A DNA stretch of 64,000 nucleotides from an uncultured virus (IMG/VR IMGVR_UViG_3300044631_003060) (Duplodnaviria; Heunggongvirae; Uroviricota; Caudoviricetes), in the IMG/VR virus record IMGVR_UViG_3300044631_003060. The stretch is one strand, 5' to 3'. A program made the position numbers and the translations under genes. Of this stretch, positions 38,241 through 47,330 are shown piece by piece. The notes beneath the pieces are model-generated. The model did not search any database, was not told the origin of the DNA, and was given only the letters and a program-made list of their open reading frames with translations. Within the stretch, counting starts at the first letter, position 1, and every line of letters starts with the position of its first letter.

Positions 38241-38566
38241 GTGAGTTTTATTTTTTTCGCGGGTGTTACATTAAAAGGTTGATATTTTTTGAACGTCGGA
38301 TAATTACGCATCCTTTCGCGACTTGTTAAAGGCACTAAACTCATGTGAGGGTTGTTTTCTATGCTTGTGTCGCCCTCTAACTCAAAAAAATTGTCATCAC
38401 CTACCCATGCGACAAATCCATGGTCGGTATTTGCGGGTATATGTATTTGCGAAGCATCCTCACGCTTTTTTAGTTGTTTTTTGATGTATTCAACTATAAG
38501 CGGTGCGGTAACACCCGCAAGCAAGCCAATTCCAAATCTTTTTAAAGTTTCGCGGTCTAAAGTCAT
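38237..38566 (-). CDS. Small membrane protein
   Basis: N-terminal TM; GFVAWVGDDNFF resembles GFMGFTASDEFF of the next gene. Confidence 0.6.
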   Translation of the reverse strand: MTLDRETLKRFGIGLLAGVTAPLIVEYIKKQLKKREDASQIHIPANTDHGFVAWVGDDNFFELEGDTSIENNPHMSLVPLTSRERMRNYPTFKKYQPFNVTPAKKIKLT

Positions 38567-39076
38567 TTATTTTCTTTTTGGGTTTTTGCTTCTTGGCTCG
38601 TTAAATTTAGTATATTCTCCCGTTTCAAAATCCATCACACCCTTCATTGGTTTTTCTACCCTTGGTTTTTTCCATTTATGACCTTTAGGCATAATAGGTG
38701 GTGTGGATTGACCTTGACCTTTTGTTCCGCCACTAACACCTCCACCAAGGTTAGGCACTTTACCATTCGCGTTGTAAAAATTAGGCTCGTCGGTATTTAC
38801 GGGTACATTATGTCCATTAGCGTTTGCAAACTCGATAGGCGCACCTCCGCCAAGCATAAAAAATTCATCACTTGCGGTAAAGCCCATAAATCCTTCATCA
38901 ACATAATTGTTATAACCACTCATGCTTGAAGAACCTTCTTCCATGCTTTGTGTTGCCGCTTCTTTTTTCATTTCGGCGCTTTCGTGTTTCACCCATTTGT
39001 ACAAACGAGTAATTAGATAACCAGCTCCAATACCACCAACAATAAGGGCAATCGGATTTTTCATTAGTTTATTCAT
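38567..39076 (-). CDS. Membrane-anchored protein
   Basis: N-terminal TM; FANANG and FYNANG motifs. Confidence 0.65.
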   Translation of the reverse strand: MNKLMKNPIALIVGGIGAGYLITRLYKWVKHESAEMKKEAATQSMEEGSSSMSGYNNYVDEGFMGFTASDEFFMLGGGAPIEFANANGHNVPVNTDEPNFYNANGKVPNLGGGVSGGTKGQGQSTPPIMPKGHKWKKPRVEKPMKGVMDFETGEYTKFNEPRSKNPKRK

Positions 39077-39086
39077 TTTTTTGATT

Positions 39087-39494
39087 TTATGCTAAGTATA
39101 TTTCTCTTGATTTTAGGTATTCTATATCTTCTTTGCTAAAAGCACTTGGTCTTCTTTTGTACATTTCTTTAATGCTTACAACACCATCATCTTCGGCTAT
39201 CCATTCATCCAAAAACTTTTTACGCTTATCCCCAACAAGTTCAAACTTTCTCATTGGTATATCTACGAGCATTACTTTTGTTTTATCAAGAGGGTTAGGT
39301 AGGTCGTTTTTTATAATTTTTGGCATCAATGTATTAGGTCTTTTTGCACTCGGCAAATTTTCTTTAACATCGGTGTTTTTTGAAGATGTTGATTTTTTAA
39401 CTACTTTTTTCTTTTTCAAAAGCATATATGTAATAGCTATTGCGCTACCACCTAATAATGTAAAAGCCAATATGTTTTGCGTATTCGTATTCAT
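39087..39494 (-). CDS. Membrane-anchored basic protein
   Basis: N-terminal TM then poly-K. Confidence 0.6.
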   Translation of the reverse strand: MNTNTQNILAFTLLGGSAIAITYMLLKKKKVVKKSTSSKNTDVKENLPSAKRPNTLMPKIIKNDLPNPLDKTKVMLVDIPMRKFELVGDKRKKFLDEWIAEDDGVVSIKEMYKRRPSAFSKEDIEYLKSREIYLA

Positions 39495-39496
39495 TA

Positions 39497-39823
39497 CTAT
39501 TTAATTAAAGCCATGCTAACAAGCCCTATTGCTACAATACCAAGAGTTATATACTTTGTGTTTGTTTCGGCTTTTGAAAATTGTTTGCTTGTGGTTTGTG
39601 TTATGCCAACTCCACTTACGGGTGTATCTATCATGCTTGCGGTATATTGCCAATATCCATTCGGTATTTTGACATAAACCACCTCGTTGCCTTTAATTTT
39701 TATCGCATCTACATAATCTCCACCAAGCGGAACAATAACCTCGTATTTTTCGCCAACCTTAAAGACATGGGTTGCGTTATTTTGAGTTGTTGTATAATCT
39801 CTTATAATTTGTACAAGTGTCAT
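39497..39823 (-). CDS. Small protein with C-terminal TM
   Basis: C-terminal hydrophobic helix. Confidence 0.6.
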   Translation of the reverse strand: MTLVQIIRDYTTTQNNATHVFKVGEKYEVIVPLGGDYVDAIKIKGNEVVYVKIPNGYWQYTASMIDTPVSGVGITQTTSKQFSKAETNTKYITLGIVAIGLVSMALIK

Positions 39824-39825
39824 AA

Positions 39826-40056
39826 TTATACCTCACTTTCTAATAGCATATAGTTTATACCTCCGCCAACAAGTGTGCCTATAAGAGCATAAACATAAAG
39901 ATTTTTCTTAAAATACCAACCCAACATTAAGCCACCAACCATACCCGCAAAACACCCTTTTGCGGTTTTGGTTATTTTTTTCACATATTGCTCTTTTGGG
40001 TCGCTACTCTTTATGTTTTTTACATTCTCAATAGCGTTAGCGAAAACATTATCCAT
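39826..40056 (-). CDS. Small 2-TM protein
   Basis: Two Gly-rich hydrophobic helices. Confidence 0.6.
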   Translation of the reverse strand: MDNVFANAIENVKNIKSSDPKEQYVKKITKTAKGCFAGMVGGLMLGWYFKKNLYVYALIGTLVGGGINYMLLESEV

Positions 40057-40752
40057 TTATGGTTTATTTGTTCCTTTGTTTACAATAAATAACAATCCAC
40101 CAATAAGCGCTAAACCACCTACGGCTATCAACACAATAGTTCCTACGCCCATACCCGTATCTTCTTCTTTTGTTTTTTGATTAGTTCCTCCACCAACGGG
40201 TACGTCGGCGGACGTTGCACCCCCACCTCCTACTGTTGCGCTATTTAGAACATTATCTTGTCCTAAAGTGCCTCCCGTTTTTCTATAAGCATAAACACCA
40301 AGTCCCGTATTAATAAGGTTTTTAATGCTATCGTTTGAAAGAATTTGCCCTACGCGTGTTTCATCAAAAGATTTACGGGTTGTTGTGCCACTACCGCTAA
40401 CACCGCGAGTTGTAATTGTACCCGATGGCTGTAAATTTGAGGATGTGCTTGTTGATATTCCGCGTCCTTTCAAGTCGTCGCCGATATAATTACTATACTC
40501 ATTTTCTCTTACCGATACTTCACTTGTTGTCATTTCGCTCGCAACTTCGCTTGCAAGGTTTGAGAAATCATTTCTAAAGCCCCTACTACGCGGGATTAGA
40601 GAAATAAACGCTTTGTAAAGTTTTTTATCGGGGTCGCTTTCGCTAATCGACATTCCATAACTACGCATCAACGCAACCACTTCGGGTCTTCTTTTGTCAA
40701 TGGTTTTTTGAGTAATAGCAAATATGCCTTGTTTCTTAAATTTTTTAATCAT
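40057..40752 (-). CDS. Virion membrane protein with C-terminal TM
   Basis: C-terminal TM; YSNYIG motif. Confidence 0.65.
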   Translation of the reverse strand: MIKKFKKQGIFAITQKTIDKRRPEVVALMRSYGMSISESDPDKKLYKAFISLIPRSRGFRNDFSNLASEVASEMTTSEVSVRENEYSNYIGDDLKGRGISTSTSSNLQPSGTITTRGVSGSGTTTRKSFDETRVGQILSNDSIKNLINTGLGVYAYRKTGGTLGQDNVLNSATVGGGGATSADVPVGGGTNQKTKEEDTGMGVGTIVLIAVGGLALIGGLLFIVNKGTNKP

Positions 40753-40753
40753 T

Positions 40754-41152
40754 TTATTGTTTAATAATTAATGAACCCAATATCATAACCGATGCGACGA
40801 TTAGGAATGTTTTAGTTAAATCACTTTGTTTTTGTGCTTCCGTAATAGAACCCGCCGCATTGAGATAGTGAGCATCCATGCTCATTTTATCCTTATTATC
40901 TTCTTTGTGTTTGTCTTTGCATTTACAATCTTCATGCTTATGCTCTTCTCCTTGTTTTCCAAAACACTCCAAAATAATTTCTTTATCGGGGTGTATATTA
41001 ACAATAGAACGCAAGGCGGGTTCTCCTTCCGCGCTTACAAGCATACGCAAAGCGTTGGGTAGGTTATTAGTGCGAATGTCATATCCGTAACTTTTAATAA
41101 CCTCGCGTGCGCCTTTGGGGTTTGCTAATGCTACTCGTTGGTATAAATTCAT
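40754..41152 (-). CDS. Virion membrane protein with C-terminal TM
   Basis: NIHPDKEIIL; YLNAAG motif; C-terminal TM. Confidence 0.65.
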   Translation of the reverse strand: MNLYQRVALANPKGAREVIKSYGYDIRTNNLPNALRMLVSAEGEPALRSIVNIHPDKEIILECFGKQGEEHKHEDCKCKDKHKEDNKDKMSMDAHYLNAAGSITEAQKQSDLTKTFLIVASVMILGSLIIKQ

Positions 41153-41166
41153 ATTTTAATTGGGTT

Positions 41167-41204
41167 AAAAAAAAAGGGCGGGGCAAATAGCCCGCCCCTT
41201 TTTT
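41167..41204 (-). terminator. Intrinsic terminator after the candidate capsid gene
   Basis: GC-rich stem (GGGCGGG/CCCGCCC) flanked by A and T tracts. Confidence 0.8.
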
Positions 41205-41222
41205 GTGTTTGTTATATGGCGA

Positions 41223-41921
41223 TTAGCCGATAACCTTAACGGATTGTGCTTTAACAATGCCAGGGCTACCAAACTCACGACTAACGGGACGACCAGCCAA
41301 GCCACGGGCGAGGTTGATATTGTCGGCGGGGTAGAAGTAAAGTTTAACAGTTGCGTTGGCAAGAATATTAGCAATGATAAGTTTTGTGTAACCATCAATC
41401 CTATATCCAAACTTCATCGCGATGATAGTAGATTGGAACTGATAAGGGTCGATAGTAGGCACAAACACCTTTTGCGCGATGTTACCATTCGCATCTTTGG
41501 TGTTCACGCTAATGCTTTCAAGCACTTGGTTAGCGGTAGCACTTTGAATGTAGGTCAATCCAGTTGAATAAGGGCTATTCATGAACTGATACAACATTTG
41601 CTGATAAGTTACGTTAGGAATAGCGCTTGAAATGGTGATTGAACCGATAGTCAAAGAACCAGCGGAGAAACCAGGGTTGTTGATGTACTCGTAAGAACCG
41701 AGAACTTCAAAGTTAGCTACGGCAGCACCAGTGTTGGTAATGGTGATGATGTAAGGCTGTGAGGTAGGAGCGGAAGGAGCGCCCATTGAAGAGCCGCCTT
41801 CGGCGTTGAAGAAATCTTCGCCAGCGGTGAAAGACAGGTCATCGTCGAAGAAGCCGTCAGCGTTAGCGAAACTTTCATGTGCGCGGTTTTGCGCGTCCGA
41901 GAGATAATTCTTGATATTCAT
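41223..41921 (-). CDS. Candidate major capsid protein (beta-rich, jelly-roll-like) with acidic N-terminal extension
   Basis: Distinct C-ending codon bias (TTC, AAC, ATC, TAC) suggesting high expression, own terminator, next to the packaging ATPase, alternating hydrophobic strands. Confidence 0.6.
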   Translation of the reverse strand: MNIKNYLSDAQNRAHESFANADGFFDDDLSFTAGEDFFNAEGGSSMGAPSAPTSQPYIITITNTGAAVANFEVLGSYEYINNPGFSAGSLTIGSITISSAIPNVTYQQMLYQFMNSPYSTGLTYIQSATANQVLESISVNTKDANGNIAQKVFVPTIDPYQFQSTIIAMKFGYRIDGYTKLIIANILANATVKLYFYPADNINLARGLAGRPVSREFGSPGIVKAQSVKVIG

Positions 41922-41957
41922 TTTTGATGTTAGTTTAAATTTTGTTTTTTTGTTTGT

Positions 41958-42083
41958 TTACGCTTGTGTAGGTTTGGTTACTTTACTTTTGTCCAACATG
42001 CGTTGAATTTGGTTAGCGACCAAAACGCCCGCCGTAATAATGGCTACTTGACCGAGAATTGCTTTAACTTGTTCTAAATTCAT
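41958..42083 (-). CDS. 41-aa membrane peptide upstream of the capsid gene (not in ORF track)
   Basis: MNLEQVKAILGQVAIITAGVLVANQIQRMLDKSKVTKPTQA. Confidence 0.65.
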   Translation of the reverse strand: MNLEQVKAILGQVAIITAGVLVANQIQRMLDKSKVTKPTQA

Positions 42084-42198
42084 TTTGCGATTGTCAATGC
42101 AAATACAGATTTACTTGACTTTTCAAAATTATTTTTATATCTCGGCGAATAAAAGTTTAATGCCGTTATTATAGCAACGCAATAAGCGTGTAATAAAC

Positions 42199-42225
42199 AA
42201 AAAAGCCCCATAAATGGGACTTTTT
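42199..42225 (-). terminator. Putative terminator after the ATPase
   Basis: AAAAAGTCCCA-TTTA-TGGGGCTTTTTT on the minus strand. Confidence 0.6.
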
Positions 42226-42245
42226 AATAGTGTTACTTTATGTGT

Positions 42246-43064
42246 TTATTTCAAATTTGTGTAGTCGGTTAGTAGTCGTTTTTTAACCAATGAAACCGCT
42301 TCATCAATAGTGTACATGGGTTTATTCTTATTGTTTTTCATACGCATATATGGCGAGATTAGCTTTCTTTGGTTCATCATTACATATTCATTAATGACAT
42401 CATCTAACTTTTTCTTATCTACATAACCCATAAATTGCATCTCGTCAAGATTGACATATTGGTAAAATCGCTTGTTGCCCATGTTGTATTCATTATTAAC
42501 AAGCATCTCTACCAATTTAAGAAACTCATGTTTATCCTCGAACTTTTGAGCGTGTCTATCTACACTATCTAAGTTTTTGTGAAAACGCATCCAATTACAA
42601 TTTTGCCATATTTTAGTAGTAATACGCCCGATACTTTGAAAGTGCATGATAATATCCAAATCAACATGTCGATTAGTACATATTGCTCCTTCAATATCTT
42701 TTGGCAAATGGTCGGAAACATATCGGTTAATGTCCTCAATTAGCAAAAGCCCATTCCTATATTGTTCTAATATGATAAATAAGGTTTCGGCTATCTTTTC
42801 CAAAGTCATACGCCGACCATCGGGCATAAATGGTCTAATTCTTCGCGCCTCAATTTGTGGATGCACACTAAATCTCACTATATCTTTTAGCGCTATTGAT
42901 TTAATATGTGTGAACTCGTCGTTTACATCCAATATAAGCGCTCTACGACCAGCAACACCTTTAGCGGGATTACCTCTCACATATCCTTGTATCATAAGGT
43001 TTGTGGTGTAAGATTTACCCACACCCTTTTTACCTACGGCTACCCCTAAAAGCGGTTCTCTCAT
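42246..43064 (-). CDS. A32/FtsK-HerA-type genome packaging ATPase
   Basis: Walker A GKKGVGKS, Walker B LLLIED, and NRHVDLDIIMHFQS (RH..Q motif typical of A32-like ATPases). Confidence 0.75.
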   Translation of the reverse strand: MREPLLGVAVGKKGVGKSYTTNLMIQGYVRGNPAKGVAGRRALILDVNDEFTHIKSIALKDIVRFSVHPQIEARRIRPFMPDGRRMTLEKIAETLFIILEQYRNGLLLIEDINRYVSDHLPKDIEGAICTNRHVDLDIIMHFQSIGRITTKIWQNCNWMRFHKNLDSVDRHAQKFEDKHEFLKLVEMLVNNEYNMGNKRFYQYVNLDEMQFMGYVDKKKLDDVINEYVMMNQRKLISPYMRMKNNKNKPMYTIDEAVSLVKKRLLTDYTNLK

Positions 43065-44155
43065 TTCGTTTTTCTTTTACCCCTATTAGTATTGGACGCT
43101 TTTGCTTCTTGTCTTGCTATTTTGTCCATTTGTGCCAATACTTCCATATCCGTTCCAAATTCGGGTATTTTGCTTGATTTAACAATTCTACTTTTTTTGG
43201 CTCTTGCTTTTATTGGTTCGGGTTGTAAATCATCAAGAACTTCTACTTGAGTATAGTTTTCTTCTTTTGGCGTTCTTCTTTTTACTTGTATTACTTCTTC
43301 GGGTTCAATATATTCGGGTGTTGGTGGTTGAGGTTCGGGTTCGGGTTCGGGTTGTCTTGTTTGAGTAGCCTCATCACTCGCTCTTGAATTTTTTGCCGAT
43401 TGTGCCGCCGCTTGTGCCGCACTTGCGTTTCTCATGCCCGCGTTGCTTTCGGTCATTTCTTTTAATTGAGCAATTAGTTGTGCGTTTTGATTTCTCAAAG
43501 CAAACACTTGCGCCCCCGTTGTAATAATATCCATACCGAAATAGTATGCAAGTAATTGCTCGTCGGTCATGCCAACGCCACGCTTCATTAATACACGAAG
43601 CAATACGGGACTTACTTTTTCTTTGAACTCTTCCGACATGCCAATCGTGTCGGCGGTTTCTTGATTGTACATTTCCACATATTGCATAAGTGGTAAATGT
43701 TGCCCGCCACCAATAGGTATTGCTATATTTCCATCAATATCACCACTCTCAATCGCCTTTTTTATTTTTTGGGGATTGAGTTTAATTAAGTTGTTTGACC
43801 ATTTTTTTAATCCTCCGTATGCGTCAAGTATGGCATCAACCATTGCTTTAGATGCCATTCTTTGCTCTTTTTTGTCAAGGTTTTCAACGTATGGATTTGC
43901 GCTACCCGTTTCGGTTTCCGAACCCCATACTTGTCTTGGGTCGGCACTTCCACTTGGGTCTTCATCTCCAAGCTGATTGCGGAAATTATTGTCCAACTCC
44001 TCAAAAGATGGTGTTGCTATGATAGGCTCTTCAATCGGGGAAATGTCCTCAATTTGAACTTTGGGTTTCGTATAGTCGCGTTGAACTACGTTTTCCTCAA
44101 GTGGGCTAAATGCACTTGTAAACCCCGCTTCGTTGATTATTTCTTCGTTTTCCAT
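43061..44155 (-). CDS. Hypothetical protein (acidic N-terminus, Pro/Glu-rich C-terminus)
   Basis: 364-aa ORF translationally coupled to the ATPase. Confidence 0.7.
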   Translation of the reverse strand: MENEEIINEAGFTSAFSPLEENVVQRDYTKPKVQIEDISPIEEPIIATPSFEELDNNFRNQLGDEDPSGSADPRQVWGSETETGSANPYVENLDKKEQRMASKAMVDAILDAYGGLKKWSNNLIKLNPQKIKKAIESGDIDGNIAIPIGGGQHLPLMQYVEMYNQETADTIGMSEEFKEKVSPVLLRVLMKRGVGMTDEQLLAYYFGMDIITTGAQVFALRNQNAQLIAQLKEMTESNAGMRNASAAQAAAQSAKNSRASDEATQTRQPEPEPEPQPPTPEYIEPEEVIQVKRRTPKEENYTQVEVLDDLQPEPIKARAKKSRIVKSSKIPEFGTDMEVLAQMDKIARQEAKASNTNRGKRKTK

Positions 44156-44616
44156 TAGTCAAGTTGTTCTTTTTTTAGTAATTCCATCTTTTCCTTACAT
44201 AGATTGTATTTGGTTAAAATCATAAGGTCAAATTTATTATCGTTTTTAGGTGAAAGCAATTTTCTTTCCATTTCGTTTTTAATGCGGGACAAATAACTTC
44301 TATCGCGATTTAGTTGCCTTCCAATTTCGGCTACACTATATCCAAGGTTGGTAGTGCTTATATAGATGAGTATTCCAAAAGCATATTTTCGAGGATACTT
44401 TTTTTGTGTTCCATTCAACAATTCACTTTTGCTTATCTCAAAAACGGACATCACCGCTTTTACGCAATCGTTAAATTTTTCATAGTTGCCAAGTTTATTT
44501 TGCCTACTATTATTTAATACGCTAATAGTATTTGCATACCCAATATCGTCGAGTGTGTGTGCAAGCGCCGTAAATAGCTTATACAATAACCGATGCGTGT
44601 TCGTCTTTTTGTTCAT
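44155..44616 (-). CDS. HTH protein, DnaA C-terminal-like
   Basis: VFEISKSELL..PRKY..YSVAEIGRQLNRDRSYL. Confidence 0.6.
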   Translation of the reverse strand: MNKKTNTHRLLYKLFTALAHTLDDIGYANTISVLNNSRQNKLGNYEKFNDCVKAVMSVFEISKSELLNGTQKKYPRKYAFGILIYISTTNLGYSVAEIGRQLNRDRSYLSRIKNEMERKLLSPKNDNKFDLMILTKYNLCKEKMELLKKEQLD

Positions 44617-45010
44617 TGTCGTTGTTGTTCATAATAATTATAGCACCTTCTTCGCCCCATACTTTTTTCATACCCGCGTAAGTATGAACAAAACTATCGT
44701 TGTCGCATAGAGCGTCTTTAAATGCCTTTATCAAGTTGTCTAAATCGGGTTTAGTTGTGTGAGGTTCTCCGCACATGCGTTCTCTCTTTTTGCCCGACCA
44801 CGATTTAGGCATTGACATGACAAAAATAAGAGAAAGTGGATTGCTAACAAAATATCTATCCCGTAGAGCGTAAGTTTTTAGTGAGTTTGCAAAATTACGA
44901 TAAGCCAAAACGGGTTTCCTTGGCGGCTTCAACCAAACATCGCGCCTCGTCATCCGTGGTTTAGCCACGGGTTCTATGTCCCACTTCAAATATTGAATTT
45001 CGTTGTCCAT
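44579..45010 (-). CDS. rusA: RusA-family Holliday junction resolvase
   Basis: PVAKPRM..MPKSWS..KPDLDNLIKAFKDAL..DS. Confidence 0.8.
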   Translation of the reverse strand: MDNEIQYLKWDIEPVAKPRMTRRDVWLKPPRKPVLAYRNFANSLKTYALRDRYFVSNPLSLIFVMSMPKSWSGKKRERMCGEPHTTKPDLDNLIKAFKDALCDNDSFVHTYAGMKKVWGEEGAIIIMNNNDNEQKDEHASVIV

Positions 45011-45636
45011 TCTTTACTTTTTAATATGTAGTCGGCAAATGTTTTTGCACTATCTATGTCGCTTGGATAATGTACTCCATAAAATAGTCGTTGTTCATTG
45101 ATGTCAAGCACTATTTTTTTCATGTCGTTATATAGTTTCGGCTCTATGCTTGATAAAGTGTCGGCTATTAGGTTAGCTTGAAATGAATGTCCCGAAGGGA
45201 AAGAAGGATTGTTAGCACTCAAAGATTGCATTGGGAATAGTGATTTTTTATAACTCAAAGCAAGTTGATATGGTCTTGGTCTTTGAAATTTATATTTTAG
45301 TTTCAACAATACGGGCATTGTGCTTTGTATTATTTCCAATACAATATCCGTAATGTCCCAACGATAAAGATTGTAAACATAATTAATTATGGATGTACTC
45401 AATTCTTGGTCGTACTTCACATATCTTTTTTTTGTGCTATCGGGTAATGAGTTAAATTCTTTTTGATATTCAACAAGCACATCAAGTTCATCTTGCGTAT
45501 GTGTAGATATATTGCTTGGGAAATTGTGTTTAAACATTTCGGGCAATAAATAATCGTACTCACATGCTTTTTGCAAGTATTCTAATTGGTCGCGTGTTGG
45601 GTTTCCAAATTTAATCTCTTCAAGAGAGTTGTTCAT
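44986..45636 (-). CDS. PAP2/haloperoxidase-superfamily phosphatase
   Basis: KYKFQRPRP, PSFPSGHS and RLFYGVHYPSD motifs. Confidence 0.85.
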   Translation of the reverse strand: MNNSLEEIKFGNPTRDQLEYLQKACEYDYLLPEMFKHNFPSNISTHTQDELDVLVEYQKEFNSLPDSTKKRYVKYDQELSTSIINYVYNLYRWDITDIVLEIIQSTMPVLLKLKYKFQRPRPYQLALSYKKSLFPMQSLSANNPSFPSGHSFQANLIADTLSSIEPKLYNDMKKIVLDINEQRLFYGVHYPSDIDSAKTFADYILKSKEWTTKFNI

Positions 45637-45937
45637 ATTTTTCTTTGCGTAATGCTCTTACGTTTTGTTCAAGTTCTTTGAGTTTGGTTTGCGTGCTTTT
45701 GTTGTCGTTATTTAAGAATGAAATAGCTTTTTTGTAATATACGGCTTTGTAAACAAGCGCTATCATAGTTAAAGAAAAAATACCAATAGCTACCCATTGT
45801 ATTTTATCGGTATTTACCGAACCACCACTTTCAAATGTTGTTACGGGTGTTGATGGGGTTGTATCCGCTACGGGTGTGGTTGGCGTTGTTGGTGTTGGCG
45901 TTGTTGCCGCCGCCGCCGCTTCTATTGTTGCATCCAT
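45620..45937 (-). CDS. Membrane protein with Thr/Pro-rich N-terminus
   Basis: TFESGGSV motif directly before a TM helix; coiled coil. Confidence 0.6.
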   Translation of the reverse strand: MDATIEAAAAATTPTPTTPTTPVADTTPSTPVTTFESGGSVNTDKIQWVAIGIFSLTMIALVYKAVYYKKAISFLNNDNKSTQTKLKELEQNVRALRKEKYEQLS

Positions 45938-45941
45938 TATA

Positions 45942-46244
45942 TTAGTTACTTAATTTATATTCTTTTCTAATAGCAAGTTCGGCTCGCATAGCCCCATTTT
46001 CTTCTTTGAGTTTTTGGATTTCTATATTTGCTTGCCTAACCTCTAATTCAAGTGCGTATATTCTTTCTTCTTGCCTTTTTGTAACTTCCTTAGTGTCCCA
46101 AATCAAATAACATATAGCCAATATACAAATGAATAGCATGCCCGTAACGGGATTTTTCACAAATTGACCAAATGTAATAGGTGGCGCAAACACGCTTGTT
46201 GTTGCTTTATCTTCTTTATCGGCTTTAATTGCTTCCATTTTCAA
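45942..46244 (-). CDS. TM plus coiled-coil protein
   Basis: One TM then heptad pattern; start may be 46238. Confidence 0.6.
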   Translation of the reverse strand: MKMEAIKADKEDKATTSVFAPPITFGQFVKNPVTGMLFICILAICYLIWDTKEVTKRQEERIYALELEVRQANIEIQKLKEENGAMRAELAIRKEYKLSN

Positions 46245-46785
46245 TCAAATTTTCTTTCACGTCCACCTTTGATGGTCTTCCGCGACCTTTTTTTACTATT
46301 GCGGCATCTTCTTGTGTTGTGTTGTTCGTTTGATTAATTAACTCTTGCACTTCTTTTGGTAGCGATATAGATTGAGCATCTTTGATGTCGATTTGAACGG
46401 GTAATTCTTGGTCTTGCTCTATGTTTCTTTGGATAGGTGCATCTTTAATTATTGCCTCGCTCATTTCCTCATAGTTTTCTTCTTCAATATCCAATGGTTC
46501 GGGAACAAAATTCATCATTTCGTCATTGTGTGCCTTTTCCGCTCTACGCCTTTCCATCGCTTTTTTCTCATTTATGAAAAAATTAGCGCCGTTGTAAAGT
46601 ATTGTGCAAATACCAACGCCTATCAAAGACCATTTAACAAACGGGTTCAAGTTTTTGCCTTTGATACCCGCATAAATCATAACTGGTCCGACATATATTA
46701 CATCCAACAACCTAACGGGTTGTGGGTCATAAAGGAAATAAACTTGGTCGGCTTTGTGCAAATTGTCGTCTTCTTTGTTTGTCAT
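46225..46785 (-). CDS. Membrane protein with acidic tail
   Basis: VRLLDVIYVGPVMIYAG..TILYNGANF; KKGRGRPSK (AT-hook-like). Confidence 0.65.
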   Translation of the reverse strand: MTNKEDDNLHKADQVYFLYDPQPVRLLDVIYVGPVMIYAGIKGKNLNPFVKWSLIGVGICTILYNGANFFINEKKAMERRRAEKAHNDEMMNFVPEPLDIEEENYEEMSEAIIKDAPIQRNIEQDQELPVQIDIKDAQSISLPKEVQELINQTNNTTQEDAAIVKKGRGRPSKVDVKENLIENGSN

Positions 46786-47174
46786 GTTGTTTTATATTGA
46801 TTTGAATTTTTTACATAGTTCTTAAAAAACGCTCCTACGATAGCGCCACCACCTACGAGCATAACGGAAAGTTTTGCTTTATCTTCAAAACTACCTTTAT
46901 TGAAATGAACAATAGCAAAAACTAATGCCCACCATGTCGGAAGAGCAAAAGCATACGCTTGACCTATTTGGTCTTCAAGTTCTTGTTGGTTGATTTTACC
47001 CGCTTCTTTACGCTTTTGTAATACGCGCATACGATAGTAAGCCCACCCCGTAGCGGGGGTAGGCACAATATCGCTAATAATTGCTCCCGCTAAAGCGGAA
47101 TACAATAGAGCGTTTTGGTAATTACCGCCCGCAAGGTTTTTAAATTCTTCGGCTATCTTTTGGGCGCTTTTCAT
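46782..47174 (-). CDS. Multi-pass membrane protein
   Basis: Three hydrophobic segments. Confidence 0.65.
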   Translation of the reverse strand: MKSAQKIAEEFKNLAGGNYQNALLYSALAGAIISDIVPTPATGWAYYRMRVLQKRKEAGKINQQELEDQIGQAYAFALPTWWALVFAIVHFNKGSFEDKAKLSVMLVGGGAIVGAFFKNYVKNSNQYKTT

Positions 47175-47175
47175 T

Positions 47176-47283
47176 TTATTTGTCGCTTGCGTGCCAGGCT
47201 TTACCAGCTACATACACAGTTACGAAAAGTCCCGCAAGACCGAGTACATAAGCTAAAACCTTTTTTCCATCTAAATTTTTCAT
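47176..47283 (-). CDS. 35-aa membrane peptide (not in ORF track)
   Basis: MKNLDGKKVLAYVLGLAGLFVTVYVAGKAWHASDK; TATTTTTG box at 47309-47316. Confidence 0.65.
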   Translation of the reverse strand: MKNLDGKKVLAYVLGLAGLFVTVYVAGKAWHASDK

Positions 47284-47330
47284 ATTGTTTTTTGTTTTAT
47301 GTGTTTCACAAAAATAATGATTTGTTTTAA

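Noticed and set aside
41205..41567. 120-aa plus-strand ORF
   Set aside because: Antisense shadow of the codon-biased capsid candidate; no independent signals
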